A DNA stretch of 64,000 nucleotides from Candidatus Adlerbacteria bacterium (GTDB lineage Bacteria; Patescibacteriota; Minisyncoccia; Phycocordibacterales; SBAW01): positions 8,836 to 72,835 of the forward strand of contig PLCJ01000001.1 in assembly GCA_003135635.1 (NCBI GenBank), given 5' to 3'. Positions 1-10,037 of the stretch are shown one piece after another; within the stretch, counting starts at the first letter, position 1; each line of letters opens with the position of its first letter. The translations under genes were made by a program, and so were the position numbers. The notes beneath the pieces were generated by a model. That model was not told the origin of the DNA and did no database searches. It saw nothing but the letters and a program-made list of their open reading frames with translations.

Positions 1-501
1 CGCGCCTAGGGCACAGGTATTGTACCCGTGGGCAGTTATGGTGGTACGCACAGGATTTCCGTTTTTCGCTACGGTTACTCGTACACAAGAGCTCGATTGA
101 TTCTGACCCATTGATATCTCAAAGGTAGTTGTCGCATCACTCGGGTCGGGCGCCGTTATGGTCCAAGGAAACTGCAGCGGGCTTGAGCCACCAACAATGT
201 CTTGTCCATTGCAATATACCTGACCCGGGGAGGCGGTGCCCCCATAGACATAATCACTTGACGTAGCAAACGCACTTCCATCGGCATCAGTTGGGATTAC
301 CGTGTTGTACTTGAAGTCCCAGTACAAAGCACATTCGGCTCCTGTATCAGCGGCATAAATTGCATACTGCGACTGTGTCTGAGTGATGGAAAGATTGAGT
401 TCGCGCGAAGCAAGATCATAGATAGCAAGCCCTATCGCAAGCGCCAGGGAGGCGATGAGAACTGCAAGAAAAATAGTGAAACCCCGCGTTATAGAGTACA
501 T
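1..501 (-). CDS. Prepilin-type N-terminal domain protein (pilin-like), 3' end truncated by window edge
   Basis: Manual translation of minus strand from ATG at 501..499 gives MYSITRGFTIFLAVLIASLALAIGLAI..., i.e. short leader + G|FT cleavage motif + hydrophobic helix. Not in ORF track because it runs off the window. Lacks Glu at +5. Confidence 0.55.
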   Translation of the reverse strand, partial: MYSITRGFTIFLAVLIASLALAIGLAIYDLASRELNLSITQTQSQYAIYAADTGAECALYWDFKYNTVIPTDADGSAFATSSDYVYGGTASPGQVYCNGQDIVGGSSPLQFPWTITAPDPSDATTTFEISMGQNQSSSCVRVTVAKNGNPVRTTITAHGYNTCALGA

Positions 502-502
502 A

Positions 503-1066
503 TTATTCCCAATTAAATAAATTTTCCTGCACCTGCACGGAGCGAGTAATCCTGGCAGTATCATTCCACGATACTTTAACAGTAACCACAGCCTCAAAAG
601 GATTAGAGCCGCTTGGTATAGGTACCGGTGTGAGTATAGAAACGGTTCTTGTAAAAATAGATGCCGATCCAGCGTTGTAATTAAAATATCCTCCGTTAGT
701 CACTGAATCGTAGTTAAGTATCGGGCAGCCTCCTGTGGGACAGGCTGCTACCGTGGCGTTTAGTGAATCGATAGTGCATTGAGCAGTGCCACCTACGTTA
801 GCATTTATGCAAGAACTCAGTCCCGTAAGCCACGTGGCATTTGATGAATTTCCTGAAAGGTTATTGGAATCGCGGACGGAACGCACATATTCTATGGCAT
901 CTTGAGCAAGGTAATAGGCGGTTATTTGGTCTTTTGCAATAAGAGTGGCATGTAAGTCTCCCTCCGCGATAGCAATCGGACCCGCTAGTGCCATAGTAAG
1001 AATAAGTATCGCAACAAGCGTTTCAACCAGAGTGAATCCTTGGGTGATGTTATATTTATTGATCAT
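503..1066 (-). CDS. Type IV pilin-like / pseudopilin (prepilin N-terminal methylation domain)
   Basis: MINKYNITQGFTLVETLVAILILTMALAG: class III signal peptide, G|FTLVE with Glu+5; start trimmed to internal ATG (cat at 1064-1066) because upstream gene stop lies at 1056. Confidence 0.8.
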   Translation of the reverse strand: MINKYNITQGFTLVETLVAILILTMALAGPIAIAEGDLHATLIAKDQITAYYLAQDAIEYVRSVRDSNNLSGNSSNATWLTGLSSCINANVGGTAQCTIDSLNATVAACPTGGCPILNYDSVTNGGYFNYNAGSASIFTRTVSILTPVPIPSGSNPFEAVVTVKVSWNDTARITRSVQVQENLFNWE

Positions 1067-1655
1067 ATATGCGTTGAGTAACGGAGGCCTGTAAATTAAA
1101 CGATGATGTCTGGGTGCTTGATACTGGGACAGAACCATGTATCAGCATAATGACTCTTGGCTGTATAGTGTCTGGCGCACATCCCCCCGTCCCGGAGGCT
1201 GAGCAAGAACCAATAACATAGAACATAGAACTATTAGCCACATTTACATCAGGCGAGGTGAGGGGCGAGGGTGTGAGGCTTATGGAGGGCACCTGTCGTT
1301 CAATGCAGCCTCCGATATATCCCGCGGGACACTGTCCGGATGGAACAAAACTATACGCAACAACAATGCCACCGCTTGTGGTAAATGAAAGATAATTACT
1401 CCCATTAATGCAGTCTTGCGGTATGGTGGTCACCGTTCCAAAAGTACCACCGCAGTGATAATTGGTGCCGGTTCGAATAGCCCGAGACATACTATCAAGT
1501 GAAAAATTGAGATTATTGATTGCCGATTTCAATACTTCAGCCTTGAGATCACTTTGCGATAGTGTTAAAAGGGCGCCAAGCGCTACTACCATAACGACCA
1601 TAAACAGTGCGACCGCCACCATCATTTCTATAAGAGTAAATCCGCGTTTTTGCAT
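1056..1655 (-). CDS. Type IV pilin-like protein
   Basis: MQKRGFTLIEMMVAVALFMVVMV prepilin leader and cleavage motif; start chosen at internal ATG 1655. Confidence 0.8.
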   Translation of the reverse strand: MQKRGFTLIEMMVAVALFMVVMVVALGALLTLSQSDLKAEVLKSAINNLNFSLDSMSRAIRTGTNYHCGGTFGTVTTIPQDCINGSNYLSFTTSGGIVVAYSFVPSGQCPAGYIGGCIERQVPSISLTPSPLTSPDVNVANSSMFYVIGSCSASGTGGCAPDTIQPRVIMLIHGSVPVSSTQTSSFNLQASVTQRIYDQ

Positions 1656-1659
1656 ATGA

Positions 1660-2292
1660 TTAACTTCCCACAATTCCTACGGCTATTTCCCCCGTGGGAG
1701 AAATGGTCACACTGCGCGTACTGCCCCCTTGAGAGGAAAATTGTATGCTGGCGCTACTATACTCTCCTGGCACACACGCACCAGAATCAAGATTGGTTGC
1801 AAAACATGCATCAGGATTTGGCCGGCTAAAGATAACGGTGAGTGATGTAATAGTCCTGTTGCTACTGCACTGCGAGCCGGCACAAAAATTAGTGATAGTA
1901 TATCCAGGTCCAAGAGTAAAAGTTTGCACTATTTTATCTCCCGAATCATATTGTCCACTGCTATTGGTGTCAGCAAAAAGGAAATAGCTTGTCGGGGTAC
2001 CCGAACTAAAATAGGCCCCGTATGCAGAAGCAAAAACGGTACTCCCCGAAGCACTTTCCCCTTGTACCGATACCCCATACGTCTGCGCTTGGCGAATAGA
2101 GAGCGCCGCACTGTAGGCAAGTGAGCGCAGTAGAATTGAGCTGTCAAACTGTTGTTGGCGCAGCAGAAGAATCGTTGTGATAATAGCCATGATAGCGATT
2201 ACCACTAAGAGCTCAATGAGCGTAAATCCGCGCGTGCGCGGAGAAGTGTGGTTAGCTAAGGAGGCTTGAAAGTGAGAAGAAGAGATCAACAT
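1660..2292 (-). CDS. Type IV pilin-like protein
   Basis: ...SPRTRGFTLIELLVVIAIMAIITT; 22-aa leader; 5' end overlaps 3' end of pilD ORF by ~40 nt (start uncertain, TTG at codon 2 possible). Confidence 0.75.
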   Translation of the reverse strand: MLISSSHFQASLANHTSPRTRGFTLIELLVVIAIMAIITTILLLRQQQFDSSILLRSLAYSAALSIRQAQTYGVSVQGESASGSTVFASAYGAYFSSGTPTSYFLFADTNSSGQYDSGDKIVQTFTLGPGYTITNFCAGSQCSSNRTITSLTVIFSRPNPDACFATNLDSGACVPGEYSSASIQFSSQGGSTRSVTISPTGEIAVGIVGS

Positions 2293-3040
2293 GTAGGAAA
2301 TACACTATGGCCGCTCCAAGAACAAGAAACGGCGCGAAGGGGATTTCGCTTTTCATTGTAAAACGAGAAGCCTTAGTTTTCCATCGACGCGATGCGAACA
2401 ACAGTACGATACCAATACCAGCGCCGCTCCAAAATGCAAGCATGAGCGCAGTAAGTCCCAGAGAAAATCCTAAGAGCCATCCCAAAGAAAGCTCGAGAAT
2501 GCCGTCTCCCCATCCCATCCACTGGCCCTTTGATACAAACGATAACAAAAAAAGTGGCAGGGCAAGCACTACCCCAGCCAGTAAGGTATGGGGAGAAGCG
2601 GGCAGTAGAAAGAGTGCCCGACCAAATCCGAGAATAACAAGCAACAATGAAGGAGCCCGAGGAATAATTGCGTGTCGTAGATCATACACGACAATAAAAA
2701 GAAGGGTCATCCATACAATAAACCAATAACAAAACCAGTACGGATTGAACACAAGCAAATAGATACCCAAGGAAAGCAACGCTGCAGATATTTCAACTAA
2801 CGGATATTGCAGCGAGATAGCGCTACTGCAGTAGCGACACCGACCAGCAAGAGCGAGATAGGAAAAAACAGGGATGAGGTCAAAGAAAGTAAGGACGTGC
2901 CCGCAGCGCATGCAGTGTGAGCGGCCATATATAACTGAGCGTCCAGTGCCGAATCGAAACGACAGAACATTTAGAAAACTACCCGCAATGGCTCCGAGAA
3001 GTACTGCGCCTATTGCAAACACCACTCCCTGCCCATCCAT
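2252..3040 (-). CDS. pilD: Prepilin peptidase (A24 family), PilD
   Basis: MDGQGVVFAIGAVLLGAIAGSFLNV..., CxxC..CxxC zinc motif (CMRCGH...CRYC), polytopic membrane; start at ATG 3040 overlapping stop of upstream pilin by 1 nt (TAATG). Confidence 0.88.
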   Translation of the reverse strand: MDGQGVVFAIGAVLLGAIAGSFLNVLSFRFGTGRSVIYGRSHCMRCGHVLTFFDLIPVFSYLALAGRCRYCSSAISLQYPLVEISAALLSLGIYLLVFNPYWFCYWFIVWMTLLFIVVYDLRHAIIPRAPSLLLVILGFGRALFLLPASPHTLLAGVVLALPLFLLSFVSKGQWMGWGDGILELSLGWLLGFSLGLTALMLAFWSGAGIGIVLLFASRRWKTKASRFTMKSEIPFAPFLVLGAAIVYFLHVDLFFSLSSLLS

Positions 3041-3588
3041 TAGTTTGTAACGTCGTAGCAAGCTTCCGTGCCACCAGGCTGAGGCGTACCGGCAGTTGCG
3101 TCGCAACTTCCGTTGGAACCAGCACTCGTCCCAGAAAAATCACTATTACTGCTCGAACAATTATTAGATCTGTATGCAGCATCACTATCTTGAGTAAGTG
3201 CAGAATTGCTCGTTTGTTCAAGGAGTGCCCCGAGATGGTACGCGATAGGCGGAGGCGGACTACATATGTTGTTTACTGGATTTACCGCATTAAATGCAGC
3301 GTAGGAATATTGTTGACCTGTTTTTGGGTCAAGAGGCATGGTGGGCAGGTACGTTGGAACCAGAGTGCTTAACTGTAGAGGATAGCTAAGATTGTCACTA
3401 TAGTACTGCTCAAGGGAAAGCTGGATGGTGCGAATATCAGCAATGCGTTTAGCATCGCGGCCTTTGGCTTGAGCACTACTCAGAGACACCAAAATGATAG
3501 AGGCTAAAATGCCGATCAGAGCAATGACTACCAACAGCTCAATAAGGGTGAAACCACGAAGACGAAAAATAGATAATTTCATATACAC
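3040..3588 (-). CDS. Type IV pilin (PilA-like)
   Basis: MYMKLSIFRLRGFTLIELLVVIALIGILASIILVSLSSAQAKGRD; N-terminus nearly identical to next pilin. Confidence 0.85.
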   Translation of the reverse strand: MYMKLSIFRLRGFTLIELLVVIALIGILASIILVSLSSAQAKGRDAKRIADIRTIQLSLEQYYSDNLSYPLQLSTLVPTYLPTMPLDPKTGQQYSYAAFNAVNPVNNICSPPPPIAYHLGALLEQTSNSALTQDSDAAYRSNNCSSSNSDFSGTSAGSNGSCDATAGTPQPGGTEACYDVTN

Positions 3589-3654
3589 GTACCTATCCTA
3601 CGATACAATGAGGTCAAATTAAGTGCAGGTAAACCCCTCAGAAAAGTATCCTCC

Positions 3655-4152
3655 TTAGTTACATCCCACCGCAACACTGGCACTACTATTGCTACTAACA
3701 CTTACTATGTACGTGCCTGCTGAGCCTCCAGCAAACTGAGCTGTCCCACTTTCAAGGTACGTGCAAATTTCATAATTCTCTGTTCCGGGAGCACCTGCGC
3801 CGCCTGCTTGAGGAGCCACCATATATTGGCAGGTAGCAGCGGATGTTTTAGTGCAGACGGTCGCTGGAGTAGTTGGATCAAGATAATTTGAGAAGCTAAT
3901 AGGGCTAGGGCCGGTACACGTAGAGGCCATGACGCCGCCACTTACGCACCCGGTAAGGGCTACATTTGTCCCCGTATCAGCCAAGCTTATTGCTTTTCCC
4001 ATTTCCTGCAGAGAGGAAATACGTGCTGCATCGCGTCCTTTTGCCCGAGCGCTGTTAAGAGACACTAAAATGATAGAGGCCAAAATACCAATGATGGCGA
4101 TAACCACCAACAGTTCGATGAGGGTGAAACCACGTTTAAAATGTTTAGACAT
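3655..4152 (-). CDS. Type IV major pilin candidate (PilA-like)
   Basis: MSKHFKRGFTLIELLVVIAIIGILASIILVSLNSARAKGRD; 165 aa, Cys pairs in C-terminal region. Confidence 0.85.
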   Translation of the reverse strand: MSKHFKRGFTLIELLVVIAIIGILASIILVSLNSARAKGRDAARISSLQEMGKAISLADTGTNVALTGCVSGGVMASTCTGPSPISFSNYLDPTTPATVCTKTSAATCQYMVAPQAGGAGAPGTENYEICTYLESGTAQFAGGSAGTYIVSVSSNSSASVAVGCN

Positions 4153-4267
4153 ATATATAATTCATCAATAATTTACACACTTCCTTCACTGCCTCAAGTA
4201 TACCTCGCCCTTAGTATGTCACTTTTTATTGCTGTGGATAATATGTACCTTCCCTTGTAAGCTCTTT

Positions 4268-5482
4268 TTAGAGTTGGCTCGTCGTGTTATAAATCGGCAA
4301 CAATATTGATGCGAGAAGAAATCCAACCCCTATCGCCAAAACGACAATCATTGCTGGCTCAATAAGAGCAACCAGGGTGTCTACCGCTGCGCTTACCTCG
4401 CGATTATAAAATTTAGCAAGCCGATCAAGGATATTGGCAGTTTCCCCCGTCTCATTGCCTATCTGGAGCATTTGCACCATGATCGTAGGAATTTCCTTGG
4501 GATATCGAGACAATATGTCATGAAGGGGCGCGCCTCCCTTCACCCCCTCCACGGCAGCTTGGAGAATATCTTCGTACACAGCATTTTGTATGATTGAGGC
4601 AGTTATCTCAAGGGCGCGGAGAGTAGAGATACCACTACTTAGCATCACGTGCAAATTGTCGGCGATACGGGAAAGATATAACTTTTGGTATAGCGATCCA
4701 ATATAGGGCAAGGTGATCTGCAACCGAGAAATAGACCAGCGTCCTTGGGGTGTTTGAGCGTAACGGAAGAGAAAATAACCTGCGATAATAAGTGCAATAA
4801 GGAGAAATATTCCATAATCGACGAAAAATCCGCTGAGGTTAAGAACAATCTGAGTATATATAGGAAGTGTTCCACCTTCACTGGTCAAAATAGTGGCAAT
4901 TTTAGGAATAATGACCGTAATCATGAGTAGCATTACAGCAATAAACGTCACGATAATGAATGCTGGGTAAATGAGGGCATTGCGCACCTTACTGGTTATC
5001 TCGTAGGAACGATCAATATGATCTGCAAGAAATATAAATGTTTGGCTAAGCTTTCCCGTCTCTTCTCCGGCTCGCACCATATTGACGTAGAAATCTGAAA
5101 AAACCTTCGGGTGTTTGCCGAGCGCCTGAGAAATACTGCTTCCCGCCTGAAGATCATCGCTCACGCTCACGAGCGTTTGCCGCAGATAGGATGTGTCGGC
5201 CTGCTGGCTGAGGAGTTGGAATATGCGCAGTGGAGAAACCTGGGCCTCAAAGAGCGTTGCCAGTTGGCGCGAGAGAATAACGATACTGCGGCCACTTACC
5301 CCTCCAAAAATAGTAATATTGTGCAGTGAGGAGAATACATCTTTTTTTTGATTTGTTGAAAAAACAGTGAGGGTAAGCCCACGACGCTGCAGTATAGTAA
5401 TAGCCGCTTCCTCCGTTGCGGCGTTTACGGTTCCAGCTTGGGGCTTGCCTTCTTGATCTAGTGCTTCGTATTTATACTCCAT
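4268..5482 (-). CDS. pilC: Type IV pilus platform protein PilC (GspF family)
   Basis: 404 aa, two GspF repeats, 3 TM segments, position between pilin and pilT. Confidence 0.9.
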   Translation of the reverse strand: MEYKYEALDQEGKPQAGTVNAATEEAAITILQRRGLTLTVFSTNQKKDVFSSLHNITIFGGVSGRSIVILSRQLATLFEAQVSPLRIFQLLSQQADTSYLRQTLVSVSDDLQAGSSISQALGKHPKVFSDFYVNMVRAGEETGKLSQTFIFLADHIDRSYEITSKVRNALIYPAFIIVTFIAVMLLMITVIIPKIATILTSEGGTLPIYTQIVLNLSGFFVDYGIFLLIALIIAGYFLFRYAQTPQGRWSISRLQITLPYIGSLYQKLYLSRIADNLHVMLSSGISTLRALEITASIIQNAVYEDILQAAVEGVKGGAPLHDILSRYPKEIPTIMVQMLQIGNETGETANILDRLAKFYNREVSAAVDTLVALIEPAMIVVLAIGVGFLLASILLPIYNTTSQL

Positions 5483-5486
5483 AGCT

Positions 5487-6551
5487 CTACATCATTAACC
5501 GCTCCAGTGTTTTGGGGTTCCAAGAACGTGCGTAGGCGCTCTCTGGAGTAATTTCTCCGGCACGCACGAGATCCGCCAAGCAGCGATTCATATCAATCAT
5601 GCCTTCCTGGGAACTCGTTTCGATGATAGCGTCGATTTCGTGGATACGTTTTTCTCGAATAAGATTTGCAACTGCACTGGTGTTGATAAGAAGTTCATAG
5701 GCAGGAATAAGTCCACCAGAGATGCGCGGTATAAGCCGCTGAGAAAAGATGCCGCTGAGTGTTTCTGCAAGCTGGGCCCGGACTTGTTCCTGCTGACCCG
5801 AAGGAAATGTATCAAGGATACGATCGATAGTTTGGGAAGCGTTGTTGGTATGGAGCGTCGAAAAAACGAGGTGGCCCGTCTCTGCGGCAGTGACCGCAAT
5901 GGCCATTGTCTCTGATGTCCGCATCTCACCTATCATAAGAACGTCAACATCTTGACGAAATACGGATCCCAGTGCTGTTTCAAAGTCAGCGGTATCAATA
6001 CGCACTTCGCGTTGATCAACAATAGAGCGCTTATTTTCAAATAGATATTCGATTGGATCTTCAATGGTAATAATATGCTCGGTGCGTTCGATGTTGATTT
6101 TTTCAAGAAGCGCCGCAAGGGTGGTCGTCTTTCCTTGTCCCACTGGCCCAACTACTAAAAAAAAGCCCTGCTCACGGGTTGCAAACTGCTCAAGCTCTGA
6201 AGGAAGGTTTAATTCTTTTACTGAGCGAATGGTGCGGGGAACTAGCCGGAGTGCAACACCGATATGACCGCGCTCAACAAATGCATTTCCACGGAAACGC
6301 GCAGTATTGCCGTAGGAGAAAGAAAAATCGGCTTCCTGAGTCTGCAAAAACTTCTGTATACGCTCTGGAGAGAGCATGCGCTCAAGTAGACCCCGCACAT
6401 CTTCGTCGCTGAGTTTCGCTTCAGAGAGAAGTGGTGTCAAGATGCTAGAAACACGAATGACTGGATGCGCACCAGCCGACAAATGAAGATCTGATGCACC
6501 TTGTGCGATTACTTGATTGACAAAAGAAGTGAGCAATTGTTCGTAGTTCAT
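5487..6551 (-). CDS. pilT: Twitching motility retraction ATPase PilT
   Basis: Walker A GPVGQGKTTTLAAL, Asp box DVLMIGEMR, His box GHLVFSTLHTNNA; 354 aa. Confidence 0.92.
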   Translation of the reverse strand: MNYEQLLTSFVNQVIAQGASDLHLSAGAHPVIRVSSILTPLLSEAKLSDEDVRGLLERMLSPERIQKFLQTQEADFSFSYGNTARFRGNAFVERGHIGVALRLVPRTIRSVKELNLPSELEQFATREQGFFLVVGPVGQGKTTTLAALLEKINIERTEHIITIEDPIEYLFENKRSIVDQREVRIDTADFETALGSVFRQDVDVLMIGEMRTSETMAIAVTAAETGHLVFSTLHTNNASQTIDRILDTFPSGQQEQVRAQLAETLSGIFSQRLIPRISGGLIPAYELLINTSAVANLIREKRIHEIDAIIETSSQEGMIDMNRCLADLVRAGEITPESAYARSWNPKTLERLMM

Positions 6552-8401
6552 AATTGAATTTCTGTTTGGGGCTCTTCCGATTTCGTCTCTTCTTCTTCTG
6601 TTAGTTCTTTGGGCACAGAAGGAGGAATATCCGCACCAATATCAGAAAGTTCAAATTGGCCCCCAAGGCTATTGACCTCCTCAAACGGAATGACGCCCTT
6701 TACCGCTTTAATGATAGCATCCTCTTTCATCGTGAGCATGCCATCTTTACGTACAATGGAGAACATTTCTTCTTCAGATTTCCTTGCGAGGATGGCGCGT
6801 TCCAATTCCGGCACCATTTCAAAGGCTTCGGATACCGCAATGCGTCCTTTGGTTCCTGTTGGATACTCAAGCGTGGGCTTGATACGATATATTTCCTTAA
6901 GGGCGGGAATCTGATCACGAAATTCCTCTGGCACATCGGCAAATTCATCCTTAATCAGAGCCTCCATGCTGCCTTCAATCGGCATTTTCTGTCCACCTCC
7001 TTGCGGAAGCGTCCGTACGAGACGTTGTGCCATACCCAAAATGAGCACCGGGGGAATAAGATATGGCTCAATTTTCATATCAAGGAGACGCGGCACTATA
7101 CCGATAGCATTGTTGGTGTGTATTGTAGAAAGCACTAAATGGCCAGTGAGTGCAGCCTGCACAGCCAAGTCAGCTGTTTCGGCATCACGAATCTCACCCA
7201 CCATTATGATATTTGGGTCTTGGCGCAAGGTTGTACGCAGTCCGTTGGCAAAGGTATAGCCAATTTCAGGATGAACTTGTGATTGTGAAACCCCAGCAAT
7301 GGTGTATTCAACTGGATCTTCAAGCGAGAGCACATTTTGTCCTTCGCGGTCGATTTCATTGAGAACCGCATACAACGTCGTAGATTTTCCCGATCCAGTA
7401 GGACCAGAGATAAGAACGAGGCCGTAAGGCTTTTTTATAGCAGTACGAATAAGTTTAAGACTGCGGTCTGAAAAACCAAGATTCTCCAGTTTGACTTCTT
7501 GGGCAGACGCGCCAAGAATGCGCATCACCACCTTTTCGCCATAGTAGGTTGGAAAAGTAGAAACACGGAAATCCACCTTATTGCCACCCACCCGTGCAGA
7601 AAAACGGCCGTCCTGAGGCTTCCGTTTTTCATCAAGACGCATATTACAGAGTACTTTGATTCGAGCCACTACCGCTGGATGCACCTTGAGTGGCAACGTA
7701 ATGTTTGTTGAAAGGAACCCATCCACACGAAAGCGTACTCGTGTTTTATCGGCGAGTGGTTCGATATGAATGTCAGATGCTCGCTTCTCAGATGCATGAC
7801 GTAAGATGGTCGCTACAATCTTCGTAATGGGTGCATCAGTGGTGGTAGCATCGCTTGCTGTTTCAGTAATGGTTTCTTCTTGTATCGAAACAGTACGTTT
7901 ATTTTCCTTATCTGTTTTTTTAGTTTCATCAGTGATCTCAACTTCAAGTTCACTGAGAGCCTTCCCCACCTCTCCTGAAAGACCCTTATACTGGCCCATG
8001 ACACGATCAAAATCAGTTTCTGTAATAAGAAACACTTTGTATGGCATTCCTAATTTCGAAGAAATAAAGCTGAGAGCGTCTCGTGCTTCTAAATTGTCTG
8101 GATCAGTAATACCTACCTCAAGCACATTATCTTTGACCGTCAGAGGTACTAGCCCGTAATGTCGAGCAGATTCTTCAGGAATAAGCTGCAAAATATCAAA
8201 GGGTACTTGCTCTTCTCCCACTAAGCGCGTGGGGACAGCATAATATTGTCCTTTGGTCTTTAGGATGTCTTCAAGTGATATCCCCGCCTGGATCAAGAGG
8301 GCTTCTGGGGAGGCACCGGGAGATTTGAGATTCCGTTCTATTTCGGAAACTTTTTTTCGATCAAGTGTACCGTTTTGCAGGAATGTTTGCAGAAGGTCCA
8401 T
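6548..8401 (-). CDS. pilB: Type IV pilus assembly ATPase PilB (GspE family)
   Basis: T2SSE_N domain, Walker A ISGPTGSGKSTTLYAV, DPNIIMVGEIRD, TGHLVLSTIHTNNA; no Cys in the region where the tetracysteine motif usually lies; overlaps pilT start by 4 nt. Confidence 0.92.
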   Translation of the reverse strand: MDLLQTFLQNGTLDRKKVSEIERNLKSPGASPEALLIQAGISLEDILKTKGQYYAVPTRLVGEEQVPFDILQLIPEESARHYGLVPLTVKDNVLEVGITDPDNLEARDALSFISSKLGMPYKVFLITETDFDRVMGQYKGLSGEVGKALSELEVEITDETKKTDKENKRTVSIQEETITETASDATTTDAPITKIVATILRHASEKRASDIHIEPLADKTRVRFRVDGFLSTNITLPLKVHPAVVARIKVLCNMRLDEKRKPQDGRFSARVGGNKVDFRVSTFPTYYGEKVVMRILGASAQEVKLENLGFSDRSLKLIRTAIKKPYGLVLISGPTGSGKSTTLYAVLNEIDREGQNVLSLEDPVEYTIAGVSQSQVHPEIGYTFANGLRTTLRQDPNIIMVGEIRDAETADLAVQAALTGHLVLSTIHTNNAIGIVPRLLDMKIEPYLIPPVLILGMAQRLVRTLPQGGGQKMPIEGSMEALIKDEFADVPEEFRDQIPALKEIYRIKPTLEYPTGTKGRIAVSEAFEMVPELERAILARKSEEEMFSIVRKDGMLTMKEDAIIKAVKGVIPFEEVNSLGGQFELSDIGADIPPSVPKELTEEEETKSEEPQTEIQL

Positions 8402-8407
8402 GACATA

Positions 8408-8767
8408 TTAACGTCCCAAGGTTGGCACGGGTAATTTCGTTGTCTGAGATTGGGGCACACTATTTCCAAATGATGCAAAGGGGTTGTGACGACCAACATT
8501 TTCAGGCGGTATAACAACACCAAAATTTGTAAGAGATACAAACACAGGATCAGTAAATATTGAGCTATCAAGCGTTATCGTGCTAAGGCTTGTCAGCGAG
8601 GTAAGTAGTTTCTGGGAAGCGGGCGAGGAAGAGGAATCTCCTGTCGAAATCAAAAGCGTGCTGCTTGAAGAAGAGTTATTCATGCCAAGGGTATAGTAGA
8701 GAAGGCCGCCGATTACCCCCACAGTGACAATGGTCAAGAGTACATTTTGTTTAATAAAGGTCATCAT
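8408..8767 (-). CDS. Small bitopic membrane protein in pilus operon (PilP/PilO-like accessory?)
   Basis: N-terminal TM (LLTIVTVGVIGGLLYYTL), Ser-rich periplasmic part; only positional evidence. Confidence 0.5.
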   Translation of the reverse strand: MMTFIKQNVLLTIVTVGVIGGLLYYTLGMNNSSSSSTLLISTGDSSSSPASQKLLTSLTSLSTITLDSSIFTDPVFVSLTNFGVVIPPENVGRHNPFASFGNSVPQSQTTKLPVPTLGR

Positions 8768-8770
8768 ACG

Positions 8771-9322
8771 TTAATAGAGCCAATAGGTGCGAAAGGTGAT
8801 GGTATACGTTGTGGTGTTTCCGGTTCCATTTTGAAATGAAAGCTGTGTAATATCGACTATGCGCTCACTATGCTCAAGGTCCTGCAGAAACGCCATGAAC
8901 GTATCGTAATTTGTCGTTACTGAAAACCCAAGTTCTGCAGAACCAACTGGATTGCCAGAAGAGCCCACCGCAGCAATGCCGCCCGTGGTGCTGCTGTTTG
9001 ATGCCGTAGCTAATTTAAGGTTGCTGAGCGATAGGTTATACCGGGATGCAATATTGTTAACATCAATGATAAGACGGATGTTATCTACATTGTCAGGAAG
9101 TATCTGCTGCAATTTATCTACATCACTTTGAGAGAAGGCGTTGCTTTTGGTCAATAGTTGCTGACGCAAACCTTGCAACTGTTGCACTTTACTGAGTGCG
9201 TCATCATACTGCACCCCTTGTGATTGCACTCCTTTGATTTGTTGGTAGGTCGGATTGATATACAAGACAAACAGTCCGATGGCAGCAGCAATTAATATGA
9301 GAGGGATGAATATACGAGTCAT
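8771..9322 (-). CDS. pilO: PilO-like pilus assembly protein
   Basis: N-terminal TM + coiled-coil (QQLQGLRQQLLTK) typical of PilO; operon position. Confidence 0.6.
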   Translation of the reverse strand: MTRIFIPLILIAAAIGLFVLYINPTYQQIKGVQSQGVQYDDALSKVQQLQGLRQQLLTKSNAFSQSDVDKLQQILPDNVDNIRLIIDVNNIASRYNLSLSNLKLATASNSSTTGGIAAVGSSGNPVGSAELGFSVTTNYDTFMAFLQDLEHSERIVDITQLSFQNGTGNTTTYTITFRTYWLY

Positions 9323-9324
9323 AG

Positions 9325-9987
9325 TTATTGAAGAGGAGTAGTTGTGGCGGGAAGGATAGGAATAGAAGAGGAAGCAATGGGTTGTACATTTTGGTTAGAA
9401 GTTGCACCAGTGATAAGCTTGTTGCTGTAAAGAAGGAGAGCCTGGCTAACGTTTGTACTCAGGGTAAAAACCACCTGTCCGGATGTGTTGGTATTAATAT
9501 TAGAGAAAATGATATTTTTGAGCATATTGCTGCTGCCGAACTGGTCGCTTTGAAGCGCAAGAGTCGAAAAGGAATCCGCAATGCCCTGCAAGGTGACAAG
9601 TGCGGAACCATTAGGTTGTAGTTGATAATTAAAACTTGTAAATTGGACGTTTAATAGTGTCTGCTGCGAGAGAAAATCAAAAAGAGCAGAGGGAGCCACA
9701 TGCCCGGCAAGCAAAATCTTTGCCTGCAGTATCCGGTTATCCATGCGAACAAGATCATTAATGGAAGAAAGATCAATTGCGCTTTGGTCTTTTTGCAGTA
9801 CAGCGCTTTTATTTGCAATAGATTGGTTCAGATACTGCTCATACCCAAATACCAGCCCAGCTGCAACTAGTGATACTATGAAAATTAACAGCGCAATTAA
9901 AAACAAAAGCCCCGCTCCTTCTCCATGAGAAGGACCCGGAGTAAAAGATTTTTTCGGTATAAAGGACGCGGGAGCTTGAGGATCCAT
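9325..9987 (-). CDS. pilN: PilN-like pilus assembly protein
   Basis: Short cytoplasmic N-term, single TM (LLFLIALLIFIVSLVAAGLVF), follows pilM. Confidence 0.6.
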   Translation of the reverse strand: MDPQAPASFIPKKSFTPGPSHGEGAGLLFLIALLIFIVSLVAAGLVFGYEQYLNQSIANKSAVLQKDQSAIDLSSINDLVRMDNRILQAKILLAGHVAPSALFDFLSQQTLLNVQFTSFNYQLQPNGSALVTLQGIADSFSTLALQSDQFGSSNMLKNIIFSNINTNTSGQVVFTLSTNVSQALLLYSNKLITGATSNQNVQPIASSSIPILPATTTPLQ

Positions 9988-10037
9988 CAGTATTAGTATA
10001 CCGTTAAAAATTCCACAACTGCGGATCTATCAACAGA

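Noticed and set aside
503-1138. Long N-terminal extensions of several track ORFs (503-1138, 1056-1673, 2252-3106, 10038-11249, 20795-21481, 29969-30484, 39341-39832, 52053-53894, 56544-58361, 58347-59633)
   Set aside because: Extensions overlap the 3' end of the upstream gene or precede the conserved N-terminal motif of the family. Internal ATGs that restore canonical N-termini and operon spacing were used instead.
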